Below are positions 38,950 through 50,618 of a stretch of 64,000 nt of DNA, piece by piece. The DNA is from Candidatus Methylomirabilales bacterium. GTDB lineage: Bacteria; Methylomirabilota; Methylomirabilia; Methylomirabilales; CSP1-5. The position numbers and the translations under genes are program-made. The notes beneath the pieces are model-generated. The model saw only the letters and a program-made list of their open reading frames with translations. It ran no database searches and was not told the DNA's origin. The DNA lies in NCBI GenBank assembly GCA_046758505.1, contig JBHIAH010000006.1, positions 10,517-74,516 of the forward strand, written 5' to 3'. Each line of letters opens with the position of its first letter. Within the stretch, counting starts at the first letter, position 1.

Positions 38950-40434
38950 TCAGGGCAGGTCAGTCGAACCCATGAGGTACCGGTCGCACTCGCGCGCGGC
39001 GCCGCGTCCCTCATTGATGGCCCAGACGACGAGGCTCTGGCCACGCCGCATATCGCCGGCAGCGAAAACACCTTTCACGCTCGTGGCGAACTTCCCATAT
39101 GTTGCCTTGGCGTTGGACCGCTCGTCCCGTTCGACGCCGAGCGACCCGAGCACCGTGTCCTCCGGCCCCAAAAAGCCCATGGCAAGCAGCACAAGCTGCG
39201 CCGGCCATACCTTCGCAGTACCGGGGATTTCTCTGGGGACGGGCCAGCCGTTGTCACCCCGTTCCCATTCGATCTCGACGGTGTGCAACTCTTTGACGTG
39301 CCCGCTCTCATCCCCCGCAAACTTCTGGGTCATGATGCAGAAGTGGCGGGGGTCTCGCCCAAAGATGGCCGTTGCCTCCTCCTGGCCGTAGCCAGCACGG
39401 AAGATGTTCGACCACTGTGGCCACGGATTGTCGGGGGCGCGTTCCGGGGGGGGCTTTGGCAGGATCTCGAACTGCGTCAGGCTCTTACATCCGTGGCGCA
39501 TGACAGTAGCGACGCAGTCGGTACCGGTGTCCCCGCCGCCAATGACGATCACGTCCTTATCCTTGGCGGAAATATACTTGCCGTCCCGATGGTTGCTATC
39601 GAGCAGGCTCTTGGTATTGGCCCGCAGCAACTCCATCGCGAAATGAATACCCCTGAGGTTTCGCCCGTCGATCGGCAGGTCGCGTGGTTTGGTCGCTCCA
39701 CCGCAGAGGACGGCCGCATCAAATTCCTTGAGGAGTTTCTCGACAGGATAATCCTTGCCGACCTCGGTACTCGTGACAAACTTCACTCCCTCCTCGGCCA
39801 AGAGATCGATACGACGCTGGACAACTCTCTTGTCCAGGTGGGGATTCGGAATGCCGTACATCAGCAGTCCACCGATGCGGTCGTCCCGTTCGAAGACGGT
39901 CACCCAATGACCCGCTTTGTTGAGCTGGGCTGCACACGCAAGCCCGGCGGGACCGGAGCCGACCACGGCCACTGTCTTGCCCGTGCGAGTGGGAGGAGGC
40001 TCGGGAACCACCCATCCTTCTTCAAAGCCCTTGTCGATAATGGCGCACTCGATGCTCTTGATCGTGACCGGGGGATCGATAATCCCCAGGACACACGCTG
40101 CTTCGCAGGGTGCCGGGCAGACCCTGCCTGTAAACTCGGGGAAATTGTTGGTCTTGTGGAGGCGATCGAGCGCCTCTCTCCAGAGCCCGTGGTAGACCAG
40201 GTCGTTCCACTCCGGGATCAGGTTGTTGGTGGGACAGCCCGAGGTCATGCCCTTGAGGATAATGCCGGTGTGACAGAAAGGCACGCCACAGTCCATACAG
40301 CGTGCCCCCTGCGTCTTCAGCGATTTCTCAGAAGCGTGGAGGTGAAACTCCTGCCAATCACGAACCCGTTCTGCAGGCGGACGGTCCGCCGGGAGCTCGC
40401 GCGGGTATTCCATGAATCCCGTCGGCTTGCCCAT
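38950..40434 (-). CDS. gltD: Glutamate synthase small subunit
   Basis: [56 protein letters not shown]. Confidence 0.97.
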   Translation of the reverse strand: MGKPTGFMEYPRELPADRPPAERVRDWQEFHLHASEKSLKTQGARCMDCGVPFCHTGIILKGMTSGCPTNNLIPEWNDLVYHGLWREALDRLHKTNNFPEFTGRVCPAPCEAACVLGIIDPPVTIKSIECAIIDKGFEEGWVVPEPPPTRTGKTVAVVGSGPAGLACAAQLNKAGHWVTVFERDDRIGGLLMYGIPNPHLDKRVVQRRIDLLAEEGVKFVTSTEVGKDYPVEKLLKEFDAAVLCGGATKPRDLPIDGRNLRGIHFAMELLRANTKSLLDSNHRDGKYISAKDKDVIVIGGGDTGTDCVATVMRHGCKSLTQFEILPKPPPERAPDNPWPQWSNIFRAGYGQEEATAIFGRDPRHFCIMTQKFAGDESGHVKELHTVEIEWERGDNGWPVPREIPGTAKVWPAQLVLLAMGFLGPEDTVLGSLGVERDERSNAKATYGKFATSVKGVFAAGDMRRGQSLVVWAINEGRGAARECDRYLMGSTDLP

Positions 40435-40450
40435 TCACTTTCCTCTTAAC

Positions 40451-43400
40451 TCAATTCCCACTCACGCGTGCCAGATCGCGCTTGTTCGCTTCGAACGCCG
40501 CCATGGTGGCTTCCTCACCGCTCAGGCCAGCCTCCTCGACGCGCCTCATCGCTTCGAGCACCCGCTTGAAGTCCTTCGGAAGAACCTTGACGAACTTCGG
40601 CACCATTTTTTCCCACCGAGCCAGGATGAATCCCGCACGCTCGCTGTTGGTATACTCGGCATGCCGGCCGACCATGCTTTCCACTTTCTTGATCTCCTGA
40701 TCGTCCTCCAGCCGTTCCAGATAGACCATCTCCTGGTTACACCGCCTGTGGAAGTCGCCGGACTCGTCCAACACGTACGCGATGCCGCCCGACATGCCGG
40801 CGGCAAAGTTGCGCCCCGTAGGACCGAGTACGACAACACATCCACCGGTCATGTACTCGCAGCCGTGATCCCCCACAGCTTCGATGACGGCATGCACGCC
40901 GCTATTCCGGACGCAGAACCGCTCGCCGGCCATTCCTCGAATGTAGGCTTCCCCACCCGTGGCACCATAGAATGCCACGTTTCCGATGATGATGTTTTCC
41001 TCGGGCACGAAGGTCGAGCCTTCGGGCGGGTAGACAATGATCTTTCCGCCGGAAAGCCCCTTGCCGATGTAATCGTTGGAGTCCCCTTCGAGGATCAGTG
41101 TGATGCCTCGCGGGACGAAGGCGCCGAAACTCTGGCCAGCCGATCCCTTAAAATGGAGTCGGACCGTGTCTTCCGGCAGGCCGTCGCCGCCATACCGCCG
41201 GGACACTTCGCTGCCCAAGATCGTTCCCACCACGCGGTTCGTGTTGTGGATGGGGAGGGTCGCCCGTATCGCCTCCCCCCACTCAAGCGCCGGCTTACAG
41301 AGGTCCAGAAGCACCCGTCTGTCGAGCGATCTGTCCAGCCCATGATCCTGAGGAATCTGGCAGTGGCGCCCCACGTCCGGTGGGACGTTCGGCTGATACA
41401 GGATGGCCGAAAAGTCGAGACCCTTCGCCTTCCAGTGATCGACGGCACTGCGTACATCGAGCTTATCGACCCGGCCGATCATCTCGTCGACGGTGCGGAA
41501 TCCCAACTGCGCCATCCACTCACGCATTTCCTGGGCGATGAAGTGCATGAAATTTACGACATGCTGCGGGTCTCCGGTGAACTTCTTGCGCAGCTCTGGA
41601 TTCTGCGTCGCGATGCCGACCGGACACGTATCGAGATGGCAAACCCGCATCATCAGACACCCCAGTACGATGAGAGGGGCCGTCGAAAATCCAAACTCTT
41701 CCGCCCCGAGGAGCGCCGCAATGACGACATCGCGGCCGGTCTTGATCTGCCCGTCGGTTTCTACCACGATCCGGCTGCGCAGGTTGTTGAGGACAAGGGT
41801 CTGGTGTGTTTCGGCCACTCCCAGCTCCCACGGAAGACCGGCATGCTTGATGCTGCTCTGCGGGGAGGCACCCGTACCGCCGTCATACCCGCTGATCAGC
41901 ACCACATCGGCATGCCCCTTTGACACACCGGCAGCGATCGTGCCTACGCCCACCTCCGACACCAGCTTGACGTTGATCCGAGCATTGTGATTGGCGTTCT
42001 TGAGGTCATGGATCAGCTCGGCCAAGTCCTCGATCGAGTAGATGTCGTGGTGGGGGGGCGGCGAGATCAGGCCCACACCAGGCGTCGAGTATCGGACCTT
42101 GGCGATCCAGGGATAGACCTTGCGACCCGGCAACTGTCCCCCTTCTCCGGGCTTCGCCCCCTGGGCCATCTTGATCTGGAGCTCCCGTGCGTTAACGAGA
42201 TATTCGCTGGTGACACCGAACCTCCCCGAGGCAACTTGCTTGATGGCGCTCGAGCGCGAGTCCCCGTTGGAGTCTGGGATATAGCGCGCCGGATCCTCCC
42301 CGCCTTCACCCGAGTTGCTCTTGCCACCGATCCGATTCATGGCGATGGCCAAGCTTTCATGCGTCTCCTGGCTGATGGAGCCGTACGACATCGCTCCGGA
42401 CTTAAAACGCCGGCAGATGGATTCCACCGGCTCGACGTCCTCCAGGGGGATCGGTTCGGAGCCCAGCCTCAACTCCAGAAGTCCGCGCAGCGTGGCGAGC
42501 TTCTTGGACTGGTTGTTGACCAGTTCCGCGTATTCCTTGTAGGCGCGATAGTCGTTCGTGCGGCAGGCCATCTGCAGCTTGTGCACCGTGGCCGGGTTGT
42601 ACATGTGATACTCCCCGTCACGGCGCCACTGATACTGGCCGCCGACGTCGAGGGTCCGGCCCTCAACCGGGCGGTCCGGGAACGCATGGGCGTGTCGCAT
42701 CTCGACTTCATGCGCCAGCACCTCAATCCCAACACCCCCCACCCGAGAGGGGGTCCAGGTGAAGTACCGGTCGACGACGGCGTGGTTGAGGCCGACCGCC
42801 TCAAAGATCTGAGCGCCTCGGTAACTTTGGATCGTCGAGATGCCCATCTTCGACATGACCTTGACGACCCCCTTCACGGCGGCCTTGATGTAGTTTTTGA
42901 CTGCTCGGTCAACGGTGATGTCGGTCAGCATCCCCTCCCGAATCATGTCGTCCAACGTTTCATACACCAGATACGGATTAATGGCGCCCGCACCGTAGCC
43001 GACCAGCAGGGAGAAGTGGTGGACCTCACGGGGTTCCCCGGATTCGAGGACCAGTCCCACCTTCGTCCGCGTGCCTTCACGAATGAGATGGTGGTGGAGG
43101 CCTGACACCGCCAGGAGCGCAGGTATCGGCGCCTTCTCACCGTCGACCCCCCGGTCCGACAGAATAAGGATGTTGGCCCCTTCGGCGATGGCGCCGCTTG
43201 CCTGGCGGCACAGCCCATCCATGGCCCGCTCCAATCCCGGGCCTCCCTCGGGGGCCGCAAAGAGAATCGGCAACGTCACCGCCTTGAAGCTGGGGAGATC
43301 GATGTGCCGAAGCTTTTCCAGTTCCTCGTTCGTCAGAATCGGCGTCTTCAGCCTGATCTGGCGGCAGGTTTCCGGATCCGGGGCAAGGAGATTCCGCTCC

Positions 43401-45049
43401 GACCCGAGCATCGTTTCCGTGGCCGTGATGATCTCCTCACGGATGGAATCGATCGGGGGATTGGTGACTTGCGCAAAGAGCTGCTTGAAATAGTTGTAGA
43501 GCAGCTGAGGACGGTCGGACAGCACCGCCAGCGGCGTGTCGTTCCCCATCGAGCCGACGGGTTCGACGCCATCCCTGGCCATCGGTCCGATAATGATGCG
43601 CAGCTCTTCGAAGGTGTAGCCGAACGCCTGCTGGCGCTCGAGCACTGTCTCACGATCTCGTCCGGCAACAGGGGGAGATTCGGGGAGGCCTTCGAGCGGC
43701 ACCAGGCGCTCATCCAGCCACAGGCGGTAAGGATGCTCGGTCGCCATGCGGTGCTTGAGCTCTTCGTCCCCCACGATCCGTCCCTCTTCGGTATCCACCA
43801 GGAGCATCCGGCCCGGCTGGAGACGCCCCTTGTGGAGCACGCGGTCCGGCGGGACGTCGAGCACACCCACCTCCGAGGCCATGATGACCAGGTCGTCCTT
43901 TGTCACGTAGTACCGCGACGGGCGCAGGCCGTTCCGGTCGAGCACCGCACCGACTCGTGCGCCATCGGTAAAGGCGATGGAAGCGGGACCGTCCCACGGC
44001 TCCATCAGGCTACTGTGGTACTCGTAGAACGCCTTCTTTGCGTCGCTCATGCTCTCGTGGTTCGACCACGGTTCCGGAATCATCATCATGACGGCATGCG
44101 GCAGAGACCGGCCGGCCAGGACGAGAAACTCCAGGCAGTTATCGAACATGGCCGAGTCGCTTCCATCGGGTTGGATGACAGGCAGGAGCTTGGGCACATC
44201 ATCTTTGAAGAGATCGGATGTGAACATCGACTGCCGCGCGTGCATCCAGTTCACGTTCCCGCGCAGCGTATTGATCTCACCGTTGTGGATCAAATACCGG
44301 TACGGATGGGCGCGTTCCCAACTCGGGAAGGTGTTCGTGCTGAATCGCGAATGGACCAGGACCAGGGCGGCTTCCATGGCGGGATCCGACAGATCCGGGT
44401 AGTATTCCTCGAGCTGCTCCGCCGTGAGCATCCCCTTGTACACGACTGTCTTATAGGAGAGGCTGGTGAGATAGAAGTATTTTCCGCCCGGCATCCCGGA
44501 GTACCGAACGGCGTTTTCGGCCCGCTTCCGAATGACGTAGAGTTTTCGCTCAAAGGCCAGCTCGTCCTGGATCGTGGGATCACACCCGATGAACACCTGG
44601 CGCACACACGGTTCACACGACAGGGCCGTGCGTCCCAGGGAGGCATTGCATGTTGGGACCGTCCGCCATCCCAGCAGGCGCTGCCCCTCCTCCGCAATGA
44701 TCTCCTCGAAGCGCTTCTCGCACTGCCGGCGCTCGGAGGGATCGGGGGGGAGAAAGACCATCCCGACGCCATACTCGCCAAAGGAGGGGAGATGAATGCC
44801 GGCCGCGGCACATGCCTGCCGGAAAAAGGCATGCGGTGTCTGTAGCAGCAAGCCTGCACCGTCGCCGGTGTCGGGCTCGGCGCCGCGGGCACCCCGATGG
44901 GTCAGGTTCTGGAGTACCGTGAGCGCCTGGCGCACGATCTCGTTCGACTTTACCCCCTTGACGTTCACAACAAAGCCGATGCCGCACGCGTCGTGCTCGA
45001 ACCGGGGATCGTATAAACCTTGTCTCGGGGGAAATCCGACGGATTTCAC
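40451..45049 (-). CDS. gltB: Glutamate synthase large subunit
   Basis: [59 protein letters not shown]. Confidence 0.98.
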   Translation of the reverse strand: MKSVGFPPRQGLYDPRFEHDACGIGFVVNVKGVKSNEIVRQALTVLQNLTHRGARGAEPDTGDGAGLLLQTPHAFFRQACAAAGIHLPSFGEYGVGMVFLPPDPSERRQCEKRFEEIIAEEGQRLLGWRTVPTCNASLGRTALSCEPCVRQVFIGCDPTIQDELAFERKLYVIRKRAENAVRYSGMPGGKYFYLTSLSYKTVVYKGMLTAEQLEEYYPDLSDPAMEAALVLVHSRFSTNTFPSWERAHPYRYLIHNGEINTLRGNVNWMHARQSMFTSDLFKDDVPKLLPVIQPDGSDSAMFDNCLEFLVLAGRSLPHAVMMMIPEPWSNHESMSDAKKAFYEYHSSLMEPWDGPASIAFTDGARVGAVLDRNGLRPSRYYVTKDDLVIMASEVGVLDVPPDRVLHKGRLQPGRMLLVDTEEGRIVGDEELKHRMATEHPYRLWLDERLVPLEGLPESPPVAGRDRETVLERQQAFGYTFEELRIIIGPMARDGVEPVGSMGNDTPLAVLSDRPQLLYNYFKQLFAQVTNPPIDSIREEIITATETMLGSERNLLAPDPETCRQIRLKTPILTNEELEKLRHIDLPSFKAVTLPILFAAPEGGPGLERAMDGLCRQASGAIAEGANILILSDRGVDGEKAPIPALLAVSGLHHHLIREGTRTKVGLVLESGEPREVHHFSLLVGYGAGAINPYLVYETLDDMIREGMLTDITVDRAVKNYIKAAVKGVVKVMSKMGISTIQSYRGAQIFEAVGLNHAVVDRYFTWTPSRVGGVGIEVLAHEVEMRHAHAFPDRPVEGRTLDVGGQYQWRRDGEYHMYNPATVHKLQMACRTNDYRAYKEYAELVNNQSKKLATLRGLLELRLGSEPIPLEDVEPVESICRRFKSGAMSYGSISQETHESLAIAMNRIGGKSNSGEGGEDPARYIPDSNGDSRSSAIKQVASGRFGVTSEYLVNARELQIKMAQGAKPGEGGQLPGRKVYPWIAKVRYSTPGVGLISPPPHHDIYSIEDLAELIHDLKNANHNARINVKLVSEVGVGTIAAGVSKGHADVVLISGYDGGTGASPQSSIKHAGLPWELGVAETHQTLVLNNLRSRIVVETDGQIKTGRDVVIAALLGAEEFGFSTAPLIVLGCLMMRVCHLDTCPVGIATQNPELRKKFTGDPQHVVNFMHFIAQEMREWMAQLGFRTVDEMIGRVDKLDVRSAVDHWKAKGLDFSAILYQPNVPPDVGRHCQIPQDHGLDRSLDRRVLLDLCKPALEWGEAIRATLPIHNTNRVVGTILGSEVSRRYGGDGLPEDTVRLHFKGSAGQSFGAFVPRGITLILEGDSNDYIGKGLSGGKIIVYPPEGSTFVPEENIIIGNVAFYGATGGEAYIRGMAGERFCVRNSGVHAVIEAVGDHGCEYMTGGCVVVLGPTGRNFAAGMSGGIAYVLDESGDFHRRCNQEMVYLERLEDDQEIKKVESMVGRHAEYTNSERAGFILARWEKMVPKFVKVLPKDFKRVLEAMRRVEEAGLSGEEATMAAFEANKRDLARVSGN

Positions 45050-45453
45050 GTTACGTCCCTTCTCCGGACGAAACACTGAGTTCGGGACTGCCTCATTGCT
45101 CAACAGGTCTTTTCGGGAGGCCTCGGGACCCAGGACACACCCCCACGCCCCGCCCCTTCAAGGCATGGAACACCCCTCCTCCCACTCGCCCATCGGAGCC
45201 GGCGTCCCATAGAATGTTTTTATCCCAACCGGGATTCCTTGTCAATCAAAGACTTCCGAACTTCGTGACCCTTTTTTAGGCACGAGTTTGACGCCCAGGG
45301 CAAGCTCGTCTTGGCTGACCGGGATCAGTGTTAAACCCTGATTTAGGCCACCGGGACGCGCCCCTCTTCCCTCAATACTCGACCCTTTGTGAATTCTGGA
45401 TAGGCGGGGAACCCCGACAGCATACCCGGCGGGGGGGGTTGAACCCCAACCAC

Positions 45454-45984
45454 TCATGTTGGCAGGCGCTTGCGCAGCCACCGGATCTGGCCCCGGTGAT
45501 TGATCTCGTCCTCGAAAACGTGAAACCACTTGAAGTAATTGTTGGCGGGCTGGCCGCCCCAAAAGGGAGCCTGTTCCGAGAGCCACTCGTCAGTCCGGTC
45601 GCCAAACTCGTTCAGGGTCTTTCGTCGGACGCTTCCGAGCAGCTCCACGTAATACTCCAGTGGATGGCCCCGGACCTCCTTCCTCGCCTTTTCGCCGAGA
45701 TCCAGCAGCGTGTCCCACCGGCGTCTCTCATCAGGGGTCAGGCCGCGCCCCTCGAACGTGTCCACCTGATACGCCACCTCCACGGCGGCGATATGCCCCA
45801 GCAGAGCCCCGATCGTGTTACTCTGAGGGTCGTGCAGGTAGTCGAGCTGGCTGGTCGTTAGCCCTTGCACCGCCATCAACGTCGTGTACCGCGCGTAGTT
45901 CATCATCACCACCAGTCGGCCAATCTGAGGCGTGTAGCCTGGGAGATCCCGGACCAGAAACGGGCTTCCACCACTCTCATGCAT
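45454..45984 (-). CDS. DinB-family protein
   Basis: NTIGALLGHIAAVE, WFHVFEDEINHRGQI. Confidence 0.85.
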   Translation of the reverse strand: MHESGGSPFLVRDLPGYTPQIGRLVVMMNYARYTTLMAVQGLTTSQLDYLHDPQSNTIGALLGHIAAVEVAYQVDTFEGRGLTPDERRRWDTLLDLGEKARKEVRGHPLEYYVELLGSVRRKTLNEFGDRTDEWLSEQAPFWGGQPANNYFKWFHVFEDEINHRGQIRWLRKRLPT

Positions 45985-46154
45985 CGCCAAACCCCCCGCG
46001 TACCACATTCCGGTGTACTACCTGATTGAATTTGTCCATCCTTACGCCTTAACGCCGGCCCCTAGGGGCCGTCCGCATCGTTCGGTGGGGATTCGCGACG
46101 GAATTTCTAAAGGCGGTATACCCAATTTATTTGCTAGCGAATTTCAGAATATGA

Positions 46155-46883
46155 TCAGTGGGTGTTTTGCTCGATCCAATCGAAGAGTCGTCTTGGATCG
46201 ATCCGCAAGACATGCCGTTGGCCAGGAAGAACGGTAAGGGAGGCCCGGGCTTTGGCCTGCTGAAGCGCTCTGAGGGTGTTTTCGGCGAGGCGCTTCCACG
46301 ACACGTCTCGCCCCCCGACAAGAAGCCATACATGTTTCCCCATCAGGCTCTCGAGATCCTTCGCGGGCCCCCGATACCCCCCGGGTAAGACGACAACCGC
46401 CCCAAACCACCCTGGCTCGGCGACGGCCGCGTAGAAGGCGCCCAACCCCCCGTTTGATGCCCCGGTCAGGGTAACCCGGCCCTTGTCATACAGCACGTTC
46501 GTATCCATCCAGTCAAAGACCGCCGTGAGAAGTGCAACCGCATCGGTCCGCAGGACCAGTCCGAAAACCTCAGGAGCAACAACGATATAGCCCCGTTCGT
46601 AGGCCTCTTGCTCCCAATATGCTTCGAGGTTGACCTGTACCATTCGGGCATTCCCCGGACCTGGAGGAAGCGTGAAAATCACGGGATATCTTTTCGCCGC
46701 GTCATAACTTCTTGGGAGGACAACCGTGACAGGGAGACGGGTCTGATGGTTACCGTAGGTGAGTACGATCTTTTGTTCTGCAATTCTCGCCGCGGAGGCG
46801 GGGGCCACCAACAAAGCACACTGCGCAATGAGCATAAACAATAGGCACCATGATTTCCTCACAGCGGACTCCGTGTACGACAA
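46155..46883 (-). CDS. Secreted esterase-like alpha/beta hydrolase
   Basis: Signal peptide; GASNGG nucleophile elbow; GGRD; QRH. Confidence 0.7.
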   Translation of the reverse strand: MSYTESAVRKSWCLLFMLIAQCALLVAPASAARIAEQKIVLTYGNHQTRLPVTVVLPRSYDAAKRYPVIFTLPPGPGNARMVQVNLEAYWEQEAYERGYIVVAPEVFGLVLRTDAVALLTAVFDWMDTNVLYDKGRVTLTGASNGGLGAFYAAVAEPGWFGAVVVLPGGYRGPAKDLESLMGKHVWLLVGGRDVSWKRLAENTLRALQQAKARASLTVLPGQRHVLRIDPRRLFDWIEQNTH

Positions 46884-46910
46884 ATGTGCCTGTCCCCTTG
46901 CTCGATCAGA

Positions 46911-47333
46911 TCAGCGCCATCCGATGGGCTTATAGCCTCGCTCACGCAGACATTCCTCGACGTACCGTTTCTGAACAGGATCCAGATTTCGGGAGCGGGA
47001 GAGCCCTCGTATCAGGCCCCCCGTGCCCCCACCGGCGGCCCCCGCCGCCGCGCCACGCCCAGCGTGGCCAGTCACCGCACTGACTGCCGCACCAACTGCG
47101 GCGCCTGCAGCAGCGCCTCCCGCGGTGTGGCCGACGACTTTTCTTCCCGGCCGCGATTCCAGTCCGGCCTCGGCTGCGAGGTTGATACACTCATCGATGT
47201 CGCGCTCCGCGGCAACCCGTCCCACTTCCCGAAGCCGCTCATTCGGATAGAGGACCGGACGTTTCGATGCGCATGCCGCGCTGAAAACAAGGATCCCTAG
47301 CACCATTATCAGACGCAGGCGATTGTTCCTCAT
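46911..47333 (-). CDS. Glycine-zipper lipoprotein
   Basis: Lipobox SAAC; GAAAGAAVGA repeats; CLRERGY. Confidence 0.8.
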   Translation of the reverse strand: MRNNRLRLIMVLGILVFSAACASKRPVLYPNERLREVGRVAAERDIDECINLAAEAGLESRPGRKVVGHTAGGAAAGAAVGAAVSAVTGHAGRGAAAGAAGGGTGGLIRGLSRSRNLDPVQKRYVEECLRERGYKPIGWR

Positions 47334-47504
47334 GTGACACTCGACCCTGGTTGTCATCGAGTAGCCCGACGATGCCTGGTGGGGGGTGTTGCCTGCACGC
47401 CATGACCTGGCAGCGGGCTTATGGCTTGTCCGTGAACTCCAATAGAACAAGCTAAGGAAGGTTGATCGCTCGTGTTTTCAGACAAGTGTTCGCCTGTAAT
47501 TCCG

Positions 47505-47867
47505 CTATCCCTTCTTGACATTAAAGAACAGTTGCTTGTCTTTGCGCCGCCGGTCAATCCGTGCGTGGCCAGTCGCAACCAGAACATAGAGGATGTTGAG
47601 GGCCTCGAGCGCCGAGCCGACAAGGCGGGGATTCCGTGAACGTCTATGCACATCCTGTGAGGTGACTCCCTGTTTCCCCCCGGCAAGCCGCTGGACATAG
47701 CGTACCGCCTCGATATCTACGACGTTGAAATTCCCCGCTTTGCGCTTCGTGCGGGAAAATGAGCATATGAAATAGAACTTCTCCCCCTCGAACACATGGT
47801 ACGTCTGAATTTGACCCTTGACCTTCCCCCGAAAGGTCAGACCCGCGCCGAGACTCTTAAGATTCAT
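47505..47867 (-). CDS. Hypothetical basic protein
   Basis: GGAGGG RBS, 120 aa ORF. Confidence 0.55.
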   Translation of the reverse strand: MNLKSLGAGLTFRGKVKGQIQTYHVFEGEKFYFICSFSRTKRKAGNFNVVDIEAVRYVQRLAGGKQGVTSQDVHRRSRNPRLVGSALEALNILYVLVATGHARIDRRRKDKQLFFNVKKG

Positions 47868-48281
47868 GATTCCCTCCTGTAGAGGCTTCTTCCCGCATGC
47901 TCGCATGCGGTTTACCACGAAACGGACCGGCGGTATTATCCCTTAAACGTTGCTGCCGTGCAGTCTATTTCGCCCTCCTCGGATCGAGACTCAAATCCCA
48001 TGCTTCCTGCCTCAAGGGGACTTGGTGTGCCGAGTGCTGTCGTGAGAGACGACCCAGAGAGACTGATATTTTGTTTGTGTATTCAGTCCTGACCCCCTCC
48101 GCAGACACGTTGAGAACATGGGACAGGATACGGCCCGTAGCCAATCAAAGGCGCGGTGGCATGAAACGTTTCTATCTCTACCCCGTCTCGGAGTCAAGAA
48201 AAGACTCCCGGCCCTTTTTTGACGAACGCGACTGTGGTACAATTGCGCTGCCCAGGAGACTTGAACAGGGAGTTCCCATTC

Positions 48282-48758
48282 ATGGATAGCGAGATCAAGG
48301 AGCACATCCCGGCCCCGCCCCCCGTAGTCGGTAATCACAGCAAGGTGATCCGGCACCGGGGAAACTTTACCTGGCAGGATATTCCCCTCGAGCCATACAA
48401 AGAGACGACCGAGACCTGGAAGCGCATCACGCGCCGCGAGCTATCGGGGAAACGCGGGGAGTCCCAGCGGTTTCACGTGCGGTATTTCGAGATCGCCCCC
48501 GGCGGCTATAGCACACTGGAAAAGCATGAACACGAACACGTCGTCATTCCGCTGCGGGGGCGAGGCGAGGCTCAGTTCGGCTGCTATATCTACAAGGTAG
48601 GGTTGGGGGATGTGGTGTACGTCGCGCCGAACGACCCCCATCAGTTTCGCAACCCCGAGAACGCACAAGAACCGTTCGGCTTTCTCTGTATTGTCAACGC
48701 CGAACGCGATACACCGCAGACCGTGGACGGCGTTGGCTTCTGCCATATTTGTGAGTGA
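48282..48758 (+). CDS. Cupin domain protein
   Basis: RYFEIAPGGYSTLEKHEHEHVV, HQFRN, GFLCIVNAERD. Confidence 0.85.
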   Translation: MDSEIKEHIPAPPPVVGNHSKVIRHRGNFTWQDIPLEPYKETTETWKRITRRELSGKRGESQRFHVRYFEIAPGGYSTLEKHEHEHVVIPLRGRGEAQFGCYIYKVGLGDVVYVAPNDPHQFRNPENAQEPFGFLCIVNAERDTPQTVDGVGFCHICE

Positions 48759-48948
48759 AGGGAGGCTCAACAGGCACTCGAGATGGGCTTTCTGAAAGGG
48801 CGCCCGGATGGTTGGGGTCGGGCGTGCGATTTGCGATGTGCCCGCCTCCCCTTCTGCCGTGCCACTACATCCGATCGGTGCAGCAACCTCAAGAAGGTGC
48901 CGCCTCCCGTATATCTTCCTCGTCGTCGTAATGTCTCCGGACTATCTG

Positions 48949-49614
48949 CTAGCCAAAAACAATTTTCATAATCTGTGCACCGGGATCCTCACCCAACACG
49001 ACGTAAAATGCCACCGCTCCAAGAATGCCGTGTACGATACCGACCGCCCACAGATTCGGGAATTTGTGGTAGATCAGGGTGAAAAAGAAGCCGCCCAAAA
49101 CAGTAAGAAAGACCAATGGAGCGCGTGGATAGTGCGCCATTCCAAAGAGTACCGCGGCTGCACAGGCGATCGCGAGGGGATGAGACAGCAATCCTGTCAG
49201 GTTCCTCGCAATAAGGTTCTGGAGAGCAAACTGCTGAGCAATGCCCCACACGGGATAGAGCCCGAGGGTAAGCCAGAACGTCGCCGGAAGGGATACCGAT
49301 CCCACCACCATTCCAAAGGCGAAGATAAGCAAGACACCAACCGCGCCAAAGCTGAGCTGAAAACGGAGTGCCGTCCAGAAGTTGTCGAGTCGCATGCCCC
49401 ATACCCGCAAGACGTTCTTCGAACGCATTGCACGCCAGACCAAATACATCAGAAAGCAAAGAGATACCAAGATGTTGTAGATTTCTGCAACCGACGGTGA
49501 CACGAGAATCTCGGTTGCCACGTGCAGCGCACCAGCGATGATAATGACCACGAGCTCGACGGTACACGGGTGGTCGCCGTAGTTATCCGATTGTTTGATT
49601 TCCTCCTGGGTCAA
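48949..49614 (-). CDS. CPBP-like membrane protein
   Basis: FGMAHYP, GIVHGILG; the EE motif position reads QQ. Confidence 0.7.
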   Translation of the reverse strand: MTQEEIKQSDNYGDHPCTVELVVIIIAGALHVATEILVSPSVAEIYNILVSLCFLMYLVWRAMRSKNVLRVWGMRLDNFWTALRFQLSFGAVGVLLIFAFGMVVGSVSLPATFWLTLGLYPVWGIAQQFALQNLIARNLTGLLSHPLAIACAAAVLFGMAHYPRAPLVFLTVLGGFFFTLIYHKFPNLWAVGIVHGILGAVAFYVVLGEDPGAQIMKIVFG

Positions 49615-49895
49615 TTCACTTCACCCCTTCCATAGCCACGACGGATTCTCCTGTCGGGGCCGCCACAGGCAGTTGAGATCAGGATTGCGATTTCCTATTT
49701 GCCCTTCTCGCCTTTTGCCCGTGCCGCCAAATTCAATCGGCGCCCCCTCTCGAAAAAGGTGCCTATCCCCCCTTTTGTCCCCGGGAGCGTCCGAAGACTT
49801 TGCCCTGCGTGCTATCCATATCCTCTCTCATCCAGGGCGAACTCTCATCGATTTGGAATCTGCTACCACCAGTAACAGCTTTGCCCCACCGGAGT

Positions 49896-50471
49896 CTATT
49901 TCGCCCTGCCGGGATTAAGACCTTTATCGCGGGCCTGCCAGAGCAATAAGTGCTCCTTCCGGAGGAGGGAAATGTAATTGCGATCCCCCGTAAGGACGTA
50001 TGCAGCGGTTAACCTCTGGACATCCTCGATCCATTCTTGGACATTTGGATGGCCGGATGCGGTTTCGAGAAGTTTCTCGAATGCATCCCTCCCAGAGGAA
50101 ATGATCGTAGCCTGCTGCTCTGGACGATACCATTGAAAGACCGTGAAGCCCGCACGAGTAAAGACAGCCGGAACGTCAAGCTGGATCCCTTGATTTTTCA
50201 GGTTGACAGACAACCCGCTGAGACAGGCTGCCATCAAACATGCGGCACACGATGCTGTCTCGGTCGTGGCACCGCTGGGGTGAGGCCTGTGTTCTGTTCC
50301 GGCCCCCTCAAGCGTGGTTGAGAGGATCTCGCTCAGGACAATAACCGCTGCCTCAGCGAGGTCATCGGAAGGCTCTAGGTTCGAACTCTCCTGGATCTCG
50401 TTCGCAGCAGCAATTAACGCCTGGTCGAAAGGCTCGGCAGGGTCCGGCACCTTGGCCTTACTGGTATTCAT
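49896..50471 (-). CDS. Hypothetical protein
   Basis: Likely ATG at 50471; the upstream ORF extension is a polB remnant. Confidence 0.5.
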   Translation of the reverse strand: MNTSKAKVPDPAEPFDQALIAAANEIQESSNLEPSDDLAEAAVIVLSEILSTTLEGAGTEHRPHPSGATTETASCAACLMAACLSGLSVNLKNQGIQLDVPAVFTRAGFTVFQWYRPEQQATIISSGRDAFEKLLETASGHPNVQEWIEDVQRLTAAYVLTGDRNYISLLRKEHLLLWQARDKGLNPGRAK

Positions 50472-50502
50472 TTCAGGCACGATGCAAGCCCCTTCAAAGC
50501 TA

Positions 50503-50616
50503 GCCTGGAGGAGCAACCCCACATACCTCTTATCATAACCTTCGTTCCCTGTCAGCAGTCCTGCAGGCCAGGCCTGCTCCCCTTTCATCTTAGACTGCCG
50601 ATAAAGGAGGGGATAC
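50503..50616 (-). pseudogene. polB 3' remnant D
   Basis: YPLLYRQSKMKGEQAWPAGLLTGNEGYDK-RYVGLLLQA vs PolB YIILDRKARVKGERARPAVLLTGNESYDKERYVELLLRA. Confidence 0.85.
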
Positions 50617-50618
50617 AC

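Noticed and set aside
38932..44845. Long + strand ORFs (505, 503, 372, 513 aa)
   Set aside because: Antisense shadows of gltD/gltB, expected in GC-rich DNA
50472..50618. N-terminal extension of the 240 aa ORF as real coding sequence
   Set aside because: It is polB remnant D that happens to be in frame; ATG 50471 is the more plausible start
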